DNA of 64,000 nucleotides. Origin: Planctomycetota bacterium (GTDB taxonomy: Bacteria; Planctomycetota; PLA2; JAEUHO01). The position numbers were made by a program, and so were the translations under genes. The notes beneath the pieces are model-generated. The model had not been told where the DNA came from, ran no database searches, and worked only from the letters and a program-made list of their open reading frames with translations. The stretch covers positions 64,001 through 128,000 of the forward strand of contig CBDCWP010000021.1 of the NCBI GenBank assembly GCA_965223505.1. The letters run 5' to 3'. Positions 49,752 to 57,571 of this stretch are shown in pieces. Each line of letters begins with the position of its first letter. Position 1 is the stretch's first letter.

Positions 49752-52045
49752 CGGGACATGTGCAACAACATGAGCGCGCTGGCGGTGCCGAAGTTCTTTC
49801 CGGCGCCGTCCCAGTCCAACCACGTTCCGTCCACCTCGACGACCTGCAACACGTCCTTCCGCAGCTGCTTCATGATCTGCTTGCGTTCCGATTGCGGCAG
49901 CAGCTGCGCCGCGCGCGCCGCGTGGTAGTACGCGAAGAAGTAGAAGTACGCCGAGACGCCGCGGGGCGCAGTCCAGCTCCCCGTCACCTTCGCGACGGTG
50001 CGAAGGTCCGCGCGGTACTGCATGAACGTGTCGAGTGCCGTGCGCACGTCTTCGATCTTCGTCGCCTGCAGCAAGAAGAGCGCGTGCTCGCAACCCGGCG
50101 CCCGCCCGATCGACGACTCGAGCTTGTTGAAGTTCCGCGGCTCGGGATAGGTGTAGGTGAACACGCCGGGCGCGTCGCGCATCTTCATCAGCACGTCCTT
50201 GCCCTTCTCGAGCACCTTGTCCTCGACGACCAGTCCGAGCTTCTTGGCGCGAACCAACGGGATCAGTGACGGCGCGGTGTTCATGCTGTGCACGCGTCCC
50301 TTGTCGGTCTCCGGCCAGCCGCCGAATCCGCCCTTCCAGCGCTTTGCGAAGGCGGCGTTGTAGGACCAGGCCCCGTTCTCGACCTGTCCTCCGACGTGGA
50401 ACGCCACGGCCTTCTGCGCTTCGTGCTTGAAGGACTCGTCCTTCTCGAAGCGGTCGAGAAAGAGGTCGAGCGCGTAGGCGGTTCCGAACGAATCCGCGTT
50501 GGCCACATCTCCTTGCATCCAGTGCTTCAACCAGTCGATCGCCTTCTGCACGGCTGCCGCGGCGCGCGTCTTCTGTTCGCCCTTCAGGGTGTCGGCGCGG
50601 ATGTCGAGCGCGCGCGCGACGAGCGCGGTGACCGGCGGCACCCACTGCATGTGGCGTGCGCCGAGCAGCCACGAACCGTTCGGCTGCTGCTGAGCCAGCA
50701 GGTAGTCGATCGCGTGCTTTTCGAGCTCCTTGACCTTGCCCTCGGCGAACGGAAGCTCGGTCGAGGTGCCCTTGCGGGTGTACTTCGGCTTCTCGAGAAC
50801 CTCGTACATCGCCATGCGCTCGGGCCAGGCGTGCCACGCGCGGACCTTGAGCTGATACGGACTGTCCTTCGGGAGCTTGTTCCACGATTCGACGGCGCCG
50901 TTTCGGTCCGTGGCCTTGTGCTTGCGCGCGCCTTCGATGTAGTCGGCGGGCGGCGGCACGAACTTCGGCTTCTTGCCGATCTTGACCTTCGCCTTCGCGA
51001 GCGCGCCCAGGAGGAACTCGTGGACGAGCTCCGGGTCGAACGTGCCGATCCCCTCGATGCTGTCGACGGGTTTCCCGTCGTCGCCGGTCACGAGCAACGC
51101 AAACGGCTTCACCTCCTTGGCCGAGCTCCCGAGCGGCGCCAGCGGGTCGGGGCCGCGCAGGAACTTCGCCGTCCATGCGTTGCCTCCGTAGTGTGCGCGC
51201 GTCGGGACGAAGTGCGCGCGGACGAGATCGCGGACGTTGGGATCGGCGAGCACCGTCGCGAGGAAGATCTCCTCGACGTCGCTCTTCCCGTTGTCGCCGT
51301 ACGCGCAACGAACGAAGCAGAGCACCGGCTTCTTCTCCGCCTTCGCCTTGGCCATGCCCTGCGCGGGCGTTCCCGCCCACTCGACGAGCTTCATGAACTC
51401 GGGGAGGACGGTCGGCTGCGGCGGCCCGGACATCGGTTGGGGCGCGACGAACTTCAGCGGCTTCTCGGCCTTGATCACCCACCCATGGAACGTCGCGGCT
51501 TGCGCCGCGGCGTCGCGTACGACGTTCGTGACGTCGACGCGGATCTCCGAGATGCCCGGGGCGATCTCGAACGTGACCTCGGGCTCCGGCGCGATCTTCG
51601 GCTGCACGTTCCACGTCGTCTTGTGTTCTTCCCACGGTTCCTGGATCGGATAGATCCCGGCCGCGAGGTTCTCCGTCAGCGGGATGGAGCCCGGCGCCAC
51701 CCGCATGACGAGCTCGGCTGCATGCGCCTTCTCGAGTCCCGTGAGATCGAAGTGCAGGAGCGCTCGATTGCGATCGGTCTGGTCGATCGACATGTTCGTC
51801 ATGCGGCCGAAGTTGCCCTGAGCGAGGTACGAGATCACCATGCCGTCGGCCTTGGCCTTGCGCTCGATCTGCTCGCCGTTCTGACGAACGCAGACGAGCC
51901 TGGGGCCGTCGCCGTGCTCCTTGGTCATGAACTTGACCCACTCGGGGCGCGACGTCGAGCGAGGCTCGGGCTCGTCCTCCTTGCCGCGGGCCGCTCCGGC
52001 CGAGAAACACACCACCAACAACGCCGCTGCGACCACTCGCACCAT
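49748..52045 (-). CDS. Secreted multidomain protein: DNRLRE-like beta domain, thioredoxin-like domain, prenyltransferase/squalene-oxidase-type alpha/alpha barrel
   Basis: Signal peptide, RALLHFDL...PWEEHKTTWN...VDVT...HGW, then W...AKAKAEKKPVL...VLADPNV...HFVP, then AIDYLLAQQQPNGSW, GQVENGAWSY and YFYFFAYYH. Confidence 0.65.
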   Translation of the reverse strand: MVRVVAAALLVVCFSAGAARGKEDEPEPRSTSRPEWVKFMTKEHGDGPRLVCVRQNGEQIERKAKADGMVISYLAQGNFGRMTNMSIDQTDRNRALLHFDLTGLEKAHAAELVMRVAPGSIPLTENLAAGIYPIQEPWEEHKTTWNVQPKIAPEPEVTFEIAPGISEIRVDVTNVVRDAAAQAATFHGWVIKAEKPLKFVAPQPMSGPPQPTVLPEFMKLVEWAGTPAQGMAKAKAEKKPVLCFVRCAYGDNGKSDVEEIFLATVLADPNVRDLVRAHFVPTRAHYGGNAWTAKFLRGPDPLAPLGSSAKEVKPFALLVTGDDGKPVDSIEGIGTFDPELVHEFLLGALAKAKVKIGKKPKFVPPPADYIEGARKHKATDRNGAVESWNKLPKDSPYQLKVRAWHAWPERMAMYEVLEKPKYTRKGTSTELPFAEGKVKELEKHAIDYLLAQQQPNGSWLLGARHMQWVPPVTALVARALDIRADTLKGEQKTRAAAAVQKAIDWLKHWMQGDVANADSFGTAYALDLFLDRFEKDESFKHEAQKAVAFHVGGQVENGAWSYNAAFAKRWKGGFGGWPETDKGRVHSMNTAPSLIPLVRAKKLGLVVEDKVLEKGKDVLMKMRDAPGVFTYTYPEPRNFNKLESSIGRAPGCEHALFLLQATKIEDVRTALDTFMQYRADLRTVAKVTGSWTAPRGVSAYFYFFAYYHAARAAQLLPQSERKQIMKQLRKDVLQVVEVDGTWLDWDGAGKNFGTASALMLLHMSR

Positions 52046-52144
52046 GAGTCCCTCCGATCAACGGACGACCAGGAGACCCAGCGTAGTCCCGCTCGTCGTC
52101 CGTGTTGTTAGACGGCTGCGAGGATCGGCGGTTCGGTCGGACGG

Positions 52145-53140
52145 CTACTCGCCGTCGGTCTCTTCCTCGAACGGCTCGTGACCGGCAGTGGTAAACGCGT
52201 TGCCGATCGCGGCGAAGTCGACGACGTTTTTGCGCCCGACGACCGCGATCGCGTCGTTGTCGAGGTCGGGGTGGACGGCCAGCACGCCCTTCATGGGCAT
52301 TGGAAGACGGAACAGGTTCAGCGCCGTCGCCCCCTTGGGCAGGTTGTGGAACTCGAACTTGTGGAGGACGAAGCCGCTCTCGTCCCAGGCGGCCTTGCCG
52401 AGGGTCTTCGGATGCAACAGCATGGCCGAGTGGAACGTCCGGTCCTTTGCGGTCGTCCCCACCGGTACGGGATCGACGAGCTCGGCGCCTTCCCAGCGGG
52501 TCAACGGAGCGAACGAACCCGGACGCGTCCGGAACTCGAGACGTTCGACACCCGCCTTGCGGGGCACGACGGAGACCTTGATCTCCCCGGCGAAAGAGAC
52601 CTTCGCACCTTCCTCGATCTCCTTTTTCAGCTTCGAGATCTGTTCCGGCGTGCCCTCGTACACGTAGCGCGTCGTCGCGTCCGCCGTCTTGGCGGCCTCG
52701 ATCGCCTTGGCAAGGTCCTTCGGATCGAGCGCGCCGTCGAGCGCCTTCTCGAGGCTGATGCTCGTGACGCGATTGCCGTCGCCGTCCATGACGAAGAGCG
52801 CCGGGCGCGACGTGTCCATCGGCTTGAGCAACAGATAGCCCTCGGGCACCTTGACCATGACGCGCACGAATCCGTCCGCCGCTTTGATGACGGGTTCGGT
52901 GTTCAGTACGTCTCCGAGCCGACCGCTCGAAAAATCAAGGCTGCTTCATCAGGTCGCGCCGCCGGACATGCCGACGAGCACGCGGCGCTTGGTCTCCTTG
53001 GCCTTGGCGGCCGCGTAGACCAGCGACGTGTAGCCCTCGTAGTTCCAGGTGAGCTTGGGTGTCTCCTTGGGCGCCTCTTCGGCGGGCGCGGGCACCGCGC
53101 AGACGGCGAGGCCGAAGACGAGGATGAGTACGGTGCGCAT
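52145..53140 (-). CDS. Candidate secreted thioredoxin-fold selenoprotein with two adjacent Sec (U64-U65), 331 aa by UGA recoding
   Basis: Track ORFs 52949-53140 and 52145-52867 share one frame, and the only interruptions are TGA TGA at 52951-52946. The joined read is TW...AAAKAKETKRRVLVGMSGGAT-U-U-SSLD...DVLNTEPVIKAADGFVRVMV. A SECIS-like hairpin follows. Confidence 0.7.
52911..52933 (-). promoter_or_regulatory. Bacterial SECIS-like stem-loop
   Basis: mRNA UUUUCGAGC-GGUCG-GCUCGGAGA forms a 9-bp stem (2 G-U pairs). The loop begins GGUC and lies 21 nt after the second UGA and 24 nt after the first. Confidence 0.65.
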
Positions 53141-53162
53141 GCGATCAGGCTAGCAGGGTCCG

Positions 53163-53236
53163 GTAGGGGCAGCCCTTGTGGCTGCCCAAGGACAGACGAA
53201 CATCCCTGGTCGGGCGACCCCAAGGGTCGCCCCTAC
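53163..53236. repeat. Inverted GTAG-family REP doublet
   Basis: GTAGGGGCAGCCCTTGTGGCTGCCC at 53163-53187 (+) and GTAGGGGCGACCCTTGGGGTCGCCC at 53212-53236 (-), separated by a 24-nt spacer. Confidence 0.85.
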
Positions 53237-54090
53237 CAGTCGTAGAACCCCTGCCCGGACTTCTTGCCCAGTTTCCCCTCGGCGACCATGTCGCGCAGCA
53301 GCTGCGGCGGGTCGAAGCGCCGGTCGTCGAGCGCGCCCGAGAGGTACTCGGCGATGCCGAGGCGCACGTCCAGGCCGACGAGATCGGTGAGCTTCAGCGG
53401 TCCCATCGGATGCCGGTAGCCGAGCTCGAGCGCGGTGTCGATGTCCTGTGCGCTCGCAACGCCCTCCTCGACCATGCGAATCGCCTCGAGACCGAGCACG
53501 AGACCGAGACGGCTTGTCGCGAAGCCCGGCGAGTCCTTCACGACGACGACGGTCTTGCCCATGCGCTCGCCCGCGGCCCTCGACACCTCGACGACCTCGT
53601 CACTCGTCGCGTCGGTCTTGACGAGCTCGAGCAGCTTCATGAGGTGCACCGGGTTGAAGAAGTGCATGCCGACGACCTTGTCGGGGCGGCCGCTGGCTTC
53701 GGCGATCGCACCGATCGGCAACGACGACGTGTTCGTCGCGAGGATCGCGTGCTCCGGAGCGGTCTCGCCGAGGTCGCGGAAGATCGACTGCTTGAGCTCG
53801 AGGTTTTCCGGCACCGCTTCGACGATCAGGTCGGCCTCGGCGGCGGCGACCTTCAGGTCGAACGGTGCCGCAGCGAGGTTGGCCAGCGCTGCGTCACGAG
53901 CTTCCTCGGTGACCTTGCCGCGATCGACGCCCTTTTGCAGGTTCGCGGCGACGGCGTCGAGGCCCTTCTGCACGACGGCCGCATCGACGTCGAAGAGCGC
54001 GGCTCTGTAGCCGGCTTGCGCGGCGACGTGGGCGATGCCGTGTCCCATCGTGCCGGCGCCGATGACGAGGACGCGTTCGAGCTGTTGCAT
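53233..54090 (-). CDS. 3-hydroxyacyl-CoA (3-hydroxybutyryl-CoA) dehydrogenase
   Basis: VIGAGTMGHGIA, EAVPE, TNTSS, GMHFFNPV, DSPGF, HPMGP and GKKSGQGFY. Confidence 0.95.
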   Translation of the reverse strand: MQQLERVLVIGAGTMGHGIAHVAAQAGYRAALFDVDAAVVQKGLDAVAANLQKGVDRGKVTEEARDAALANLAAAPFDLKVAAAEADLIVEAVPENLELKQSIFRDLGETAPEHAILATNTSSLPIGAIAEASGRPDKVVGMHFFNPVHLMKLLELVKTDATSDEVVEVSRAAGERMGKTVVVVKDSPGFATSRLGLVLGLEAIRMVEEGVASAQDIDTALELGYRHPMGPLKLTDLVGLDVRLGIAEYLSGALDDRRFDPPQLLRDMVAEGKLGKKSGQGFYDW

Positions 54091-54140
54091 GCGTTCACCT
54101 CCGAGCGGCGAACGGTAGCACTATCCAGGCGCGTTGCCGC

Positions 54141-54548
54141 CTACGGGTAGCAGGGGTCGTAGTAGCGGACCGGGCCGCACGGATCGTCGTAGTAGACCTC
54201 TTCGTAGACGACGACGCGGCGCGGGCGGCGGCAAGGCCGGCGGCGCACGCGGCGGTTGCAGCGGTCGCACTCACACGGGTCGCAGCCGCCGCGGTGCGGA
54301 GGGCTGTTGTAGACCTCCTGGTCGTAGGCGATGGCGTTGCCGGCTTCGGTTCCCACGACGGCGCCGAGGATGCCGCCGATCAGCGCGCCTTCCGCCTTGT
54401 GGCCGCTCGAGGAGGCGGCCGCGCCGACGGCTGCACCCACGGCGGTGCCGCCGACGGTCCCGAGCGCTCGGGTGTGGCCGGGGCCCTGCGCGCAACCGGC
54501 GAAGATCAGGCAGGCGACGGCGACGGTGGCGATCAGCGTGATTCGCAT
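54141..54548 (-). CDS. Glycine-zipper lipoprotein with Cys/Arg/Tyr-rich tail
   Basis: AAGGAG RBS, lipobox FAG-C, and GTAVGAAVGAA...GALIGGILGAVVG glycine zipper. Confidence 0.8.
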   Translation of the reverse strand: MRITLIATVAVACLIFAGCAQGPGHTRALGTVGGTAVGAAVGAAASSSGHKAEGALIGGILGAVVGTEAGNAIAYDQEVYNSPPHRGGCDPCECDRCNRRVRRRPCRRPRRVVVYEEVYYDDPCGPVRYYDPCYP

Positions 54549-54636
54549 CGAACGACTCCTTCGTGGGGCGCGCGGCCGGCACCGCCCATCCCCTTGGATC
54601 GGCCAGGATACGGCCGTCTTGGACCTCTTGCCGCCG

Positions 54637-55401
54637 TCACTTCTTTCGGCGGGCCAGAAAGGCGTCCATCCGGGCGTACTTGTCGGGGTGCTCGAAGAGG
54701 TCGGCCTGCGTCTCGTTGTCGAGCCGCATCAGGTCCGCCTCGGAGGCGCCGTGCACCCAGGCTTGCAAAGCCGCCTTGGTCCGCTTCACGGCCTCGGGCG
54801 CCTGCTTCAGGATCGGGTCGAGCAGCTTCATCACGGTCGCCTCGACCTTCACGTCCTCGACGACGGCGTCCACGAGACCGATCTTGCGCGCCTCCACGGC
54901 GTCGATGATGCGTCCCGAGAACAGGAGCCGCCGAGCGTTCGCGAGGCCGACCAGCGCGGGTAGGCGGCGCGTTCCACCGGCGGCGGCCATGATGCCCAGC
55001 CCCACCTCGGGCTGTCCGAACTTCGACGACGCCCCGGCGATGCGGAAGTCGCACGCGAGCGCGAGCTCGCATCCGCCGCCGAGGCACCAACCGACGATCG
55101 CGGCGACGGTCGGGCGCGGGAAGCGCTCGATGCGCGAGAACAGGGTCGAGTTGATGCCCTCGAGCGCGTCTTCGCGCTTGCGGTCGCGCAGCTCGGCGAT
55201 GTCGGCGCCGGACATGAAGGCCTTGCCGCCGGCGGAGGTGATGACGAGCGCGCGTATGTCGTCGTTGTCCTCGAACGCGCCGAGCGCGTCGTGCAGGTCG
55301 TCGACCATCTGATGGTTGAGGGCGTTGCGCACCTTCGGACGGTTGAGCGTGATGGTGGCGACGCCGTCGTAGACGCGCGTGAGGATCGTCTCGTAGCTCA
55401 T
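54637..55401 (-). CDS. Enoyl-CoA hydratase/isomerase
   Basis: ITLNRPKVRNAL, AFMSGADI, GGGCELALACD and FGQPEVGLG (both catalytic Glu present). Confidence 0.93.
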   Translation of the reverse strand: MSYETILTRVYDGVATITLNRPKVRNALNHQMVDDLHDALGAFEDNDDIRALVITSAGGKAFMSGADIAELRDRKREDALEGINSTLFSRIERFPRPTVAAIVGWCLGGGCELALACDFRIAGASSKFGQPEVGLGIMAAAGGTRRLPALVGLANARRLLFSGRIIDAVEARKIGLVDAVVEDVKVEATVMKLLDPILKQAPEAVKRTKAALQAWVHGASEADLMRLDNETQADLFEHPDKYARMDAFLARRKK

Positions 55402-55402
55402 G

Positions 55403-56440
55403 TCAGTCTCCCGGCGTCAGCACGAGCTTGCCGAACACCTCGCGGTTCTCGATGCGGCGGTGCGCCTCCCCCACCTCGGACAGCGGCAACACGGAATCGA
55501 CGATGGGCTTCAGCTTGCCGGACTCGACGAGGTGCAGCAACCGGTGAACGTCGCCGAGGCTGCCCATCGTGCTGCCGAGGATCTCGAGGTTCTTGAAGAA
55601 GACGAGGTTGAGGTGCATCTCGACCTTGGGGCCGGTCGTGGCGCCGCAGAAGACGTAGCGACCGCCGCGGCGCAGCACGCGCAGCGAGCTTCCGAAGGTC
55701 GCCTGGCCGACGTGATCGACGACGACGTCGACCCCCCGTCCGCCGGTGAGCTTCTTGATGGCACGCGACCACTGCTCGTCCGAATAGTCGATGACGTCGT
55801 CGGCGCCGAGTGCGCGCGCGCGGTCGGCTTTCGCCTCGGACGAGGTGGTGGCGATGATCTTGGCGGCGCCGGCGAGCCTGGCGATCTGGATCGCGGCGGT
55901 CGAGACACCCGATCCGGCGGCGTGCACCAGCACGATGTCGCCGGGCGCGACCTTGGCGCGCCGAACGACCATGTTCCACGCGGTCAGGAAGACGAGGGGA
56001 AACGCCGCGGCGTCTTCGAACGACACGTGGTCGGCGAGCGGCAGCGCGTTGCGCGCGGGGATGACGACGTGTTCGGCGCAGGTGCCGTCGCGGGTCTCTC
56101 CGAAGATGCCGTAGCGAGGCGAGAGCTGATCGAGGCCGGCCGCGGTTTCGGCGTCGTCGCCTTCGACGACGCCGGGGGCGATGACGACGCGGCGGCCTTC
56201 CCGGAAGCCGTGGACGCCGGCGCCGAGGCCGCTGACGAGGCCGGCGCCGTCGCAGCCGGGGGTGAGCGGCAGCGGGAACTCGTGACCGGGGACACCGCGG
56301 CGAACCCAGGTATCGAGGTGGTTGATGCCGGCTGCCTTGACCTGGACGCGGACCTCGCCGGGCCCGGGCTCGGGGACGTCGCGGTCTTCGAACAGGAGCT
56401 TGTCGTAGTCGCCGTGCTCGCGGATGACGACGGCTTGCAT
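55403..56440 (-). CDS. Medium-chain dehydrogenase/reductase (quinone/enoyl reductase-like)
   Basis: PGPGEVRV, GINHLD, PGCDGAG, VHAAGSGV, GVDVVVDHVG, GSTMG and FGKLVL. Confidence 0.9.
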   Translation of the reverse strand: MQAVVIREHGDYDKLLFEDRDVPEPGPGEVRVQVKAAGINHLDTWVRRGVPGHEFPLPLTPGCDGAGLVSGLGAGVHGFREGRRVVIAPGVVEGDDAETAAGLDQLSPRYGIFGETRDGTCAEHVVIPARNALPLADHVSFEDAAAFPLVFLTAWNMVVRRAKVAPGDIVLVHAAGSGVSTAAIQIARLAGAAKIIATTSSEAKADRARALGADDVIDYSDEQWSRAIKKLTGGRGVDVVVDHVGQATFGSSLRVLRRGGRYVFCGATTGPKVEMHLNLVFFKNLEILGSTMGSLGDVHRLLHLVESGKLKPIVDSVLPLSEVGEAHRRIENREVFGKLVLTPGD

Positions 56441-56522
56441 GGTTGCCTCCGGGTCCTTGATGGCGGAAGCGACAACGATAAATCGCTAGAATCCCCGGAC
56501 GCTCAACTGCCCGAGGGAAGTG

Positions 56523-57563
56523 ATGCCCGAGATCGGACGCTCTTGGTGGATCCTGTTGGGGACCCTAGCTGCTGTCTGTGTCGGAGCCTCGACGTTCGCG
56601 AATCCGAGCTCCAGGGACGATAAAAAGGGAGGCGACAGTGAGACGATCATCATCGTCCCTCCGTGGGCCTTGGTGGCCGACGTCCAGCTTGCAGCGGCAC
56701 AAGAGCTCGGGGTCCCGGTAGCGTTCGAGAATGACCTCGGAATGCGCTTCGTTCTGATTCCAAAGGGCGGCGGACGTCGCGAAGGCCCTCCGTTCTACAT
56801 GCAGGTGGCGGAGACGACGGTTACACAATTCGAACGCTGGGAAGGCCGCAGGCCGTATCCGAGGAACGTGTTTTCGCTGACCGTCAAGAAGCGCCCGGCA
56901 GAGTACGAGCTCGGCCCGGGGGGAAAGCCCGTCCTCGTCAAACCAGAGTTGAAGTCGCACGAGTGGGTTGCATCGAGGCGTGGACATTGGGTTCCAGCAC
57001 ACAACCCTGCCAAGCATGAAAAGGGGATGCTGATACGCAAGAAGCCCACGTGGACGTTGGTCGACGGCGAACAACTTCCATCCAAACACTACGACCGCGC
57101 GACGCATCCACTCGGGCTGACGAGCCCGTCCGAGGTGCGCCGATTTGTGGCATGGCTCAATGAGCGGGACCCGAGTCGCCGATATCGAATCCCCACCGAA
57201 GACGAGTGGGAGCACGCTTGTCGCGCCGGAACGCGGGGGAAGTGGTACTGGGGAAACGAGGAATCTAGTGCGGCTGTATTCGAGACATTCGGCCGCACGA
57301 CGCCCGGCTCGTACTCATTGCAACAGATGCCGTCGCCCGTTGCCGGACTACGTCCGAATCCGTGGGGTCTGTACGACATGCTGGGCAACGTCGCCGAGTA
57401 CTGCGTTCCCGTCCCTGCCCTGAGCAAGAACGCCATGGTCGTTCGCGGCAGCTCACACGCAGGTGGACTCGAACCGACCGAGAAACGCTTCATGCCCCCG
57501 GCCGAGCTTCGCGAGGACGAGGGTATTGAAGCGGTTGGTCTGCGCCTCGCCGCAGACCCGTAG
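56523..57563 (+). CDS. FGE-sulfatase (SUMF1-like) domain protein with N-terminal anchor
   Basis: GMRFVLIP, FYMQVAETT, YRIPTEDEWEHACRAG, PNPWGLYDMLGNVAEY, VVRG and GLRL. Confidence 0.85.
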   Translation: MPEIGRSWWILLGTLAAVCVGASTFANPSSRDDKKGGDSETIIIVPPWALVADVQLAAAQELGVPVAFENDLGMRFVLIPKGGGRREGPPFYMQVAETTVTQFERWEGRRPYPRNVFSLTVKKRPAEYELGPGGKPVLVKPELKSHEWVASRRGHWVPAHNPAKHEKGMLIRKKPTWTLVDGEQLPSKHYDRATHPLGLTSPSEVRRFVAWLNERDPSRRYRIPTEDEWEHACRAGTRGKWYWGNEESSAAVFETFGRTTPGSYSLQQMPSPVAGLRPNPWGLYDMLGNVAEYCVPVPALSKNAMVVRGSSHAGGLEPTEKRFMPPAELREDEGIEAVGLRLAADP

Positions 57564-57571
57564 CGTGCGTT

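Noticed and set aside
52946..52951. Genome-wide UGA reassignment (Trp/Gly) as the explanation for TGATGA
   Set aside because: Many genes here end at TGA at the expected family C-terminus (thiolase, response regulator, putP), and Trp is encoded by TGG throughout. A pseudogene remains possible but does not explain the SECIS-like hairpin.
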